Virus record (IMG/VR): IMGVR_UViG_3300032308_002578
Location: 1 to 64,000 of that record
Direction: 5' to 3' (one strand)
DNA: 64,000 nt
Source of the DNA: a virus
Position 1 is the first letter of the stretch; every line of letters begins with the position of its first letter. Positions 59,023 to 64,000 of this stretch are shown here, piece after piece. A program made the position numbers and the translations under genes. A model generated the notes under the pieces. The model made no database searches. It was not told where the DNA came from and worked only from the letters and a program-made list of their open reading frames with translations.

Positions 59023-59630
59023 TAGACACGGCAGGCTTGGCAGGGCAACGCTAGGCTCGGCTACGCACGGCGCGGATCGGCAGGCGTGGAATGACGCTGC
59101 TCGGTTCGGCATGCCTAGGCATGGGTCGTTTTGGCTTGGCAGGTATGGCACGGCGAGGCGGGGCGACGAGCGGTGAGGTGTGGATAGCCAAGACTTGGTT
59201 CGGATCGGCAGGCTGGGTAAGGCACGGCGTGGACGCGCGAGCAGCGACATGGCGAGGCAGGCAGAGCAAGGCACGGCATGCTTTGGTGAGGATCGGTGTC
59301 GCTTAGACATGGCAGGCACGGACAGGCAAGGCGCGCTTTGGTAGGGTTTGGCTCGGCAAGGCAGGCTAGGCACGGCTCGTCTCGACGCGGCCAGATAGGC
59401 TCGGCAGGCGAGGTATGGCAAGGCCGGGAGCGCCCCGGCCGGGATAGACATGGCAGGAATGGCATGGCTGGGTTCGGCACGGCGCGGTACGGATGGGCTT
59501 TAGACATGGCAGGCGTGGACAGGCTAGGCGGGGAATGCCGGCGCGCGCAGACGCATAGACACGGCAGGCAGGGTTAGGCAGGGCGAGGAGAGGCCGGGAG
59601 TGGCTCGGCAAATCACGGCAGGCTCGGAAT
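59023..59630 (+). ncRNA. GGN-NN pentamer array of 11 units delimited by GGCA; putative guide-RNA array
   Basis: Manual parse: 79 of 107 pentamers start with GG and the last two bases vary; GGCA punctuation at 59030, 59079, 59138, 59207, 59256, 59311, 59360, 59403, 59452, 59508, 59563, 59617. Confidence 0.85.
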
Positions 59631-59640
59631 TACATAAATT

Positions 59641-59679
59641 AAACAGGGGGCGGTTATTAACGTAGCCGCCCCCTGTTTT
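59641..59679 (+). terminator. intrinsic terminator closing the array
   Basis: AAACAGGGGGCGGTTA / TAGCCGCCCCCTGTTT then T. Confidence 0.85.
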
Positions 59680-59690
59680 ACAATCACAGT

Positions 59691-59936
59691 ATGAAAAGAT
59701 ACCACGCTGAAAAGCACATCATCGACAGTCGCGTAAAAAAGTATAAGCAGATCGCAGGCTGGCTTGACCCGGCGGATACGCGGTTCCTGCCCGATGCGGG
59801 CCGTTTCCGCAAATCTATCCGCTGCTCAGGCTGCGGCCGGGCGCGGTGCCAATTGTGCCACCCGGAGAAGTTTCCGCGGCGTATTCCAACAATTAAAGAA
59901 CAACAGGCGCAGTATGACTGGCGCGATTACGAATAA
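59691..59936 (+). CDS. small Cys/His-containing hypothetical protein
   Basis: CSGC..ARCQLCHP motif. Confidence 0.65.
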   Translation: MKRYHAEKHIIDSRVKKYKQIAGWLDPADTRFLPDAGRFRKSIRCSGCGRARCQLCHPEKFPRRIPTIKEQQAQYDWRDYE

Positions 59937-59974
59937 ACCAGTCACGTTTTAACAACTAACTTTTTGGAGAATTC

Positions 59975-60286
59975 ATGCCTAACTTCGTAAACAACATCGT
60001 CCAAGCCTCGGGCCGGCTCGCCGATGCCGTAATGTCTGAGATGGCGTACGAGGACAACCGGCACAACGTCAAGATGCAGGTGATCGAGCGACTTATGGCC
60101 GGCGAGAACAAGTTGACCGGCAAGCCCCATTCGTTCAGTTCGGCCGAGACCGCGGCGGCCTCTGACCCGGCCTACACCGATTATCTTGAGCAGTTGCGCA
60201 ACGCCACCCGCGAGCGTATTCTCGCCAAGGGCGTCTATGACGCAGCCGTGGCTGCCGCCCGGCTGCAGGAGGTGGTCAGTGACTGA
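59975..60286 (+). CDS. hypothetical protein
   Basis: SD GGAG; 103 aa, helical. Confidence 0.7.
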   Translation: MPNFVNNIVQASGRLADAVMSEMAYEDNRHNVKMQVIERLMAGENKLTGKPHSFSSAETAAASDPAYTDYLEQLRNATRERILAKGVYDAAVAAARLQEVVSD

Positions 60287-60755
60287 CGAACCGGAGTTTG
60301 ACGGCCGTATCGCTGCCACGCTTGAAATGCTGCGTGATGAGGCGATTTCACTATTTGACCGTTTTGTTGCGCACCGTAGCGGCATGCCGCCGGCCGGCGC
60401 TGTAAACGCGACGCTAGAAGACAAACAGAAATTTCTTACGCTGGCCGAAACTGAAAATATCGTTAAAGAACATGCTGTGATCACTGAAGACGCGTACGCC
60501 ATCGGCGGTGACACGCCTGAAGAGGCTGCGCGGCAGATTCGAATCGTCATGGCCGCGCTCATGCAACGCATTCTGTCTAACGTGCTGAATGCTGGTGCGG
60601 GACTTGAGTTGTTTGACGTTTCATTTGACGAGAAACGAAATGATTTTTGTTTTCAAGTCAGTGAAAAAGGGAAAAAGTTAAATGACCGTATCCAAAAGCA
60701 AATCGAAAACGGCGAAGAAGTCGATTACGATCTCGACGCGGATGAAGACAATTAA
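60279..60755 (+). CDS. hypothetical protein
   Basis: GTG 60279 after AGGAGGT. Confidence 0.7.
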   Translation: MTDEPEFDGRIAATLEMLRDEAISLFDRFVAHRSGMPPAGAVNATLEDKQKFLTLAETENIVKEHAVITEDAYAIGGDTPEEAARQIRIVMAALMQRILSNVLNAGAGLELFDVSFDEKRNDFCFQVSEKGKKLNDRIQKQIENGEEVDYDLDADEDN

Positions 60756-61059
60756 GTCTTATATTGCCGACTTCGAAAAATGCCGCACAAAGCATAAAAA
60801 GTACGGCGCCAGTGACACCGAGCCTGACACTGTATTTCAAATTCTTATTGACCGCGCCAGCCGCGGTACGCAGCCAGAGGTTCCCCGCACACCCAGCGGC
60901 TGGGAACTGCTGCACGGTTCTGATCCCGGCTGCGGCAGAGCGGCAATGGCGCTACATCATGCGGCATGTAACGTTGTGGACGCGATTGAAGCCTGTCCTG
61001 TGCGGGAAATAAACGACCTGCGCGCTCTGGTGCGCGACTACTGCTGGAGGCTCGGATGA
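60742..61059 (+). CDS. hypothetical protein
   Basis: ATG 60742 overlapping the previous gene end; KKYGASDTEPD motif. Confidence 0.6.
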   Translation: MKTIKSYIADFEKCRTKHKKYGASDTEPDTVFQILIDRASRGTQPEVPRTPSGWELLHGSDPGCGRAAMALHHAACNVVDAIEACPVREINDLRALVRDYCWRLG

Positions 61060-61283
61060 TGGCGTTTCATGGAAAAGCCGGTGACCGCGTGCAGATGGTT
61101 TTCATGCCTAACGACCCCGAGCCTATTCCGGTTGGCACGACCGGCACCGTCGTTGGCGTTAACGATATGCCGTGGGGCCAAGATCGCATGACGCAGGTCA
61201 TGGTCAAATGGGATAACGGCCGCAACCTGTCGTGCATCTGCCCGCCAGACCATCTGGAAATCATTCCAGCCACGGCTGATTAG
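61056..61283 (+). CDS. DUF4314-like protein
   Basis: GDRV.M..M.NDP.PIPVGT.GTV..V...Q..VKWDNG..L pattern; SD GGAGG. Confidence 0.75.
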   Translation: MMAFHGKAGDRVQMVFMPNDPEPIPVGTTGTVVGVNDMPWGQDRMTQVMVKWDNGRNLSCICPPDHLEIIPATAD

Positions 61284-64000
61284 TATTGGAAGTAGCCGCT
61301 GCCAATAGCGTCGTCGGCCCAGTCTTCGCCCGGTGTCTGGGCGGCAACGGCCCGTTCCGTTACGCGGCCAATGCCGGCTAACTGCGCGAAGTTGGGCCAC
61401 GCGTCGTTAATGTGCCACGCGGCGGCACAGCCAATATTGACAGCCTGCGCGAAGTCATCGCTGAGCAGCGTATTTCGCGTGATTGTATAAATGTCGCCGC
61501 CCATACGAGACTCGGCTTTGTTTTCCACCAGCGCCAAGAAGTCGGCGATAAGTCCGGGCGAGTCTTGCGACGCCCAATCGTATTGGAAGAACCTGATCTG
61601 TTTTAACTTAATCGCCTGACAGGTGTAGAGCAACGACCGGGTCTTATCAAGACTGTAATGGGCCCGGTGATTAATCGGCGTCGGCGGCTTGTAAATCATC
61701 AAGTCCTGCGCGGCCGACCGGACAAGCCGCAGAGCCAGCACCCGGTCTAAATTAAAGCCAGCCTGCACCATGACTGTTTCGCGGACCGTGCCGGCACCGG
61801 TGTAATCGTGCGCGACAAAATCGCAATTAAACGTGTTCGACCACTTCATGCACTCAATGGCTTCGGCCAGATGGTCGCCGCCGATCAGCAGGCGTTTCGA
61901 CCAAATAACATCGATAGTGCCGTCCGGCCGAAAACCAAGTACGGCTACGACAGTAAACGAGATACCCTCTTCGCCACCGCCGCCCCAGTCGATGGCCAGA
62001 ATCCGATGTTTGTACTCCTGCAGGTGTTGGAAGCATTTTGGGTTAGGTTCTTTCTTGTTCTCCCAGTCGAGTAAACACGCCGCGCGCAGTTCTGTCTCGC
62101 TGATCAATTTCTGCCCGGCGTCAACAGACTCGCCCAAAACTTCGTTGTAGAACTGCGCCTGCGTCATGTTGCCGTAGCCTTCGCGCTTGAGCAGCAGCGT
62201 GTTCCATTTCTCGGGATCTGAGAAATGCAACGGCAGAATTAACTGCGGCACGTGATATCCGGCGAACTGCCAGCGGCGATCAGGGTGCCTGTGCACCCAA
62301 CGTCCGTGCCGCGGGCTGATAGGCTTGCGACATTTCGCGCAAATTGTGCCCGGATTCTTTTCACTAATGTGAATATTAAACGGGCCAATAATAGCGTCGA
62401 GGTCATGGTCGATAGATGGAATGTTCCAATACTTACAAGAGCGGCACGGGATAAACCATTCAGCCTGCGATGAACGTTTGTATAACCCCTCTAACGGGTT
62501 ATCTACGGATTTTGGCGTTCCTGTGAAATGGCTAATGGCATAGCGTGAATAACTCATCGTCTCTTGAATGATTGGAATATGATCCGGGTCCATGTCTTGA
62601 ATTTCGTCAAGCGCGATACGGTCAGCAGACACACCGCGGACACGATCTGCGTCGAGCAGCGCGAACGAGAACAGCATTAACGACTTGTTCTTAAAGCTGC
62701 GCTGCAATACAGAATTCTCAGTATCGCTCCCCGCCCACTGCGACTTGATGGGCGACTGATCAATGAATGGGCGCACGTAGTTGTTCGAGAATCTGCGGAT
62801 CTGCTCGTACAACGGCGTAACGTACAGAGTCTTGAAAAACGGAATCGAGTTCGCCACCACGATGCCGTGCGCCGCGAGCGAGGTTGAATTGTGATTTACA
62901 ATACCGTCGACGACGTAATTGTGCTCGCCGCTGACTTCGATGTCCCAGCACGGCAGCACGCCCAGCGGCTCGATCTTTTCGATTTTGTCCCAAATAATAT
63001 CCGGACTTGCGAGCCGCTCTAGTTCTGAAAGTTTTGGATGTTCGGGACAATGTTCTCGAAAATGCTCAATGTACTTTTTGAGTTTGGCGCGGGTCAACGC
63101 GTGCTTGGGTTTTAGACGCAGACCGCCGCTCAAAAGAGATTTGCCGTTTTGCGCCCAGCGAATACTCTCGGCAATCTCGCTGATTAATTCGCGAACTTCC
63201 AGCGGCACGGTGTCGCGGTTGTTGTTTTCAACCGCTTCAGGCAGCACTACAGGCGGTTTTCCCGGCACTTGGAATTCATCAAGAAAACGACGCCAGCCAT
63301 CTCTTGTTTCGACGTGCACGATGTACGCATCGTTGCAGTGTACGCGTGCGCCGTTTTTATCGCGGTAACCAGTTGGTCGGACTTTGATTGTGGCCGGAAT
63401 GCCGAACTTTAACAGCATCGCTTTGATATCAAACGCCAGATCTCGCGATATAGTGCAATATGTGATCGCTGGCGCCCGCTGCTTGCCGCTAGCGGGGCGG
63501 ATCATACCATCCGTTGCCCATAAGCGGCTCAAAAACAGCGCGGCGTCACCGCGCGACAGATCAAAAACCCAATCGGGCAGGCTTTTTTCTAACGCGTTTT
63601 TACCGTACAGCCTGTCTTCTTCCAGCCAGCCGCGAATCACACCGCCACGACTCTTTGAGATGTCGATACGTACGGCATTCGTTTTGACTTTGCTGACAAA
63701 CGTAGCGGGGCTACCCTGCACACGCGTGATTACCCCGTTCACCTCGTTTATCACTTCAGCGCTGTCTGTTGTAATATTAATTGCGTTAGTCACGCATCCG
63801 TCACCGATAAGATACGCCGTGATGATGATGCGATCACGATCCACGCGTCGATCGCCGAACGTGCCGCCTTTACGCACTGCGCAGACGCGGTCGCCAACCC
63901 GTAAGTTCGCACCGGTTGTCCAGCCGCTGACTTTGAGTAATGGATGCGTGTCGGCCAGTTCGATCACGGCACCCGTTCGCGTCGTAACTCGGTAGACGTG
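61280..64000 (-). CDS. terminase large subunit (GpA-like), 5'-truncated, intein-containing
   Basis: Extein begins STS (Walker A end), Walker B RIALDEIQD, TGTPK coupling motif, CxxC pairs, RNase H-like LAIDWGGG; frame open to the window end. Confidence 0.9.
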   Translation of the reverse strand, partial: HVYRVTTRTGAVIELADTHPLLKVSGWTTGANLRVGDRVCAVRKGGTFGDRRVDRDRIIITAYLIGDGCVTNAINITTDSAEVINEVNGVITRVQGSPATFVSKVKTNAVRIDISKSRGGVIRGWLEEDRLYGKNALEKSLPDWVFDLSRGDAALFLSRLWATDGMIRPASGKQRAPAITYCTISRDLAFDIKAMLLKFGIPATIKVRPTGYRDKNGARVHCNDAYIVHVETRDGWRRFLDEFQVPGKPPVVLPEAVENNNRDTVPLEVRELISEIAESIRWAQNGKSLLSGGLRLKPKHALTRAKLKKYIEHFREHCPEHPKLSELERLASPDIIWDKIEKIEPLGVLPCWDIEVSGEHNYVVDGIVNHNSTSLAAHGIVVANSIPFFKTLYVTPLYEQIRRFSNNYVRPFIDQSPIKSQWAGSDTENSVLQRSFKNKSLMLFSFALLDADRVRGVSADRIALDEIQDMDPDHIPIIQETMSYSRYAISHFTGTPKSVDNPLEGLYKRSSQAEWFIPCRSCKYWNIPSIDHDLDAIIGPFNIHISEKNPGTICAKCRKPISPRHGRWVHRHPDRRWQFAGYHVPQLILPLHFSDPEKWNTLLLKREGYGNMTQAQFYNEVLGESVDAGQKLISETELRAACLLDWENKKEPNPKCFQHLQEYKHRILAIDWGGGGEEGISFTVVAVLGFRPDGTIDVIWSKRLLIGGDHLAEAIECMKWSNTFNCDFVAHDYTGAGTVRETVMVQAGFNLDRVLALRLVRSAAQDLMIYKPPTPINHRAHYSLDKTRSLLYTCQAIKLKQIRFFQYDWASQDSPGLIADFLALVENKAESRMGGDIYTITRNTLLSDDFAQAVNIGCAAAWHINDAWPNFAQLAGIGRVTERAVAAQTPGEDWADDAIGSGYFQY
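62888..64000 (-). mobile_element. intein with LAGLIDADG homing endonuclease
   Basis: Block B VYRVTTRTGAVIELADTHPLL, LAGLIDADG motifs AYLIGDG and SRLWATDG, C-terminal WDIEVSGEHNYVVDGIVNHN followed by Ser. Confidence 0.92.

Noticed and set aside
59014-59611. Overlapping ORFs across the array on both strands
   Set aside because: Low-complexity Arg/Gly or Pro/Cys translations without SD, open in several frames; a 5-nt period fits poorly with codon structure.
59607-59620. GGCAAATCACGGCA resembles part of the promoter motif at 48026
   Set aside because: It lacks the CTAAAT element and the TATT end, and fits the array register, so it is probably coincidental.
59023-59630. Calling the array a canonical CRISPR array
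   Set aside because: There are no 23-50-bp identical repeats with unique spacers; constant and variable bases alternate every 5 nt.
59023-59630. Simple decayed microsatellite
   Set aside because: Variation is concentrated at positions 4-5 of each pentamer and GGCA punctuation is regular, unlike random decay of a slippage repeat.

Overview
The window is a gene-dense segment of a large contractile-tailed (myovirus-like, probably jumbo) bacteriophage. From 1 to 47.9 kb it carries a + strand virion module: scaffold, decoration and major capsid proteins, neck, tail sheath and tube, baseplate hub, chaperones, tape measure, baseplate wedge/J proteins, and Cys-rich and collagen-like fibres. This module is interrupted by an AAA+ ATPase/vWA/large structured ncRNA island (6.2-9.75 kb) and by a sigma factor gene. 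From 48 to 61.3 kb is an accessory region with CsrA, a primase-like Zn-finger protein, an acidic protein, a pyrimidine-dimer glycosylase, tRNA-Thr and a GNAT. An intein-containing large terminase on the - strand ends the window. The headline finding is 57760-59678: a stand-alone Cas7/RAMP-like gene, a partner gene and a ~600-nt non-coding array. The array consists of GGN-NN pentamers punctuated by GGCA into 11 units and closed by a terminator. This looks like a non-CRISPR RNA-guided system, resembling the VIPR-type systems as I recall them. Other notable signals are a ~500-nt ncRNA with predicted kissing loops, CsrA-consensus hairpins on structural-gene starts together with a phage csrA, a K-x-A motif enriched in head-associated proteins, and a bipartite promoter-like motif that may be read by the phage sigma. 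All product calls come from motifs and synteny read by eye; no database searches were run.
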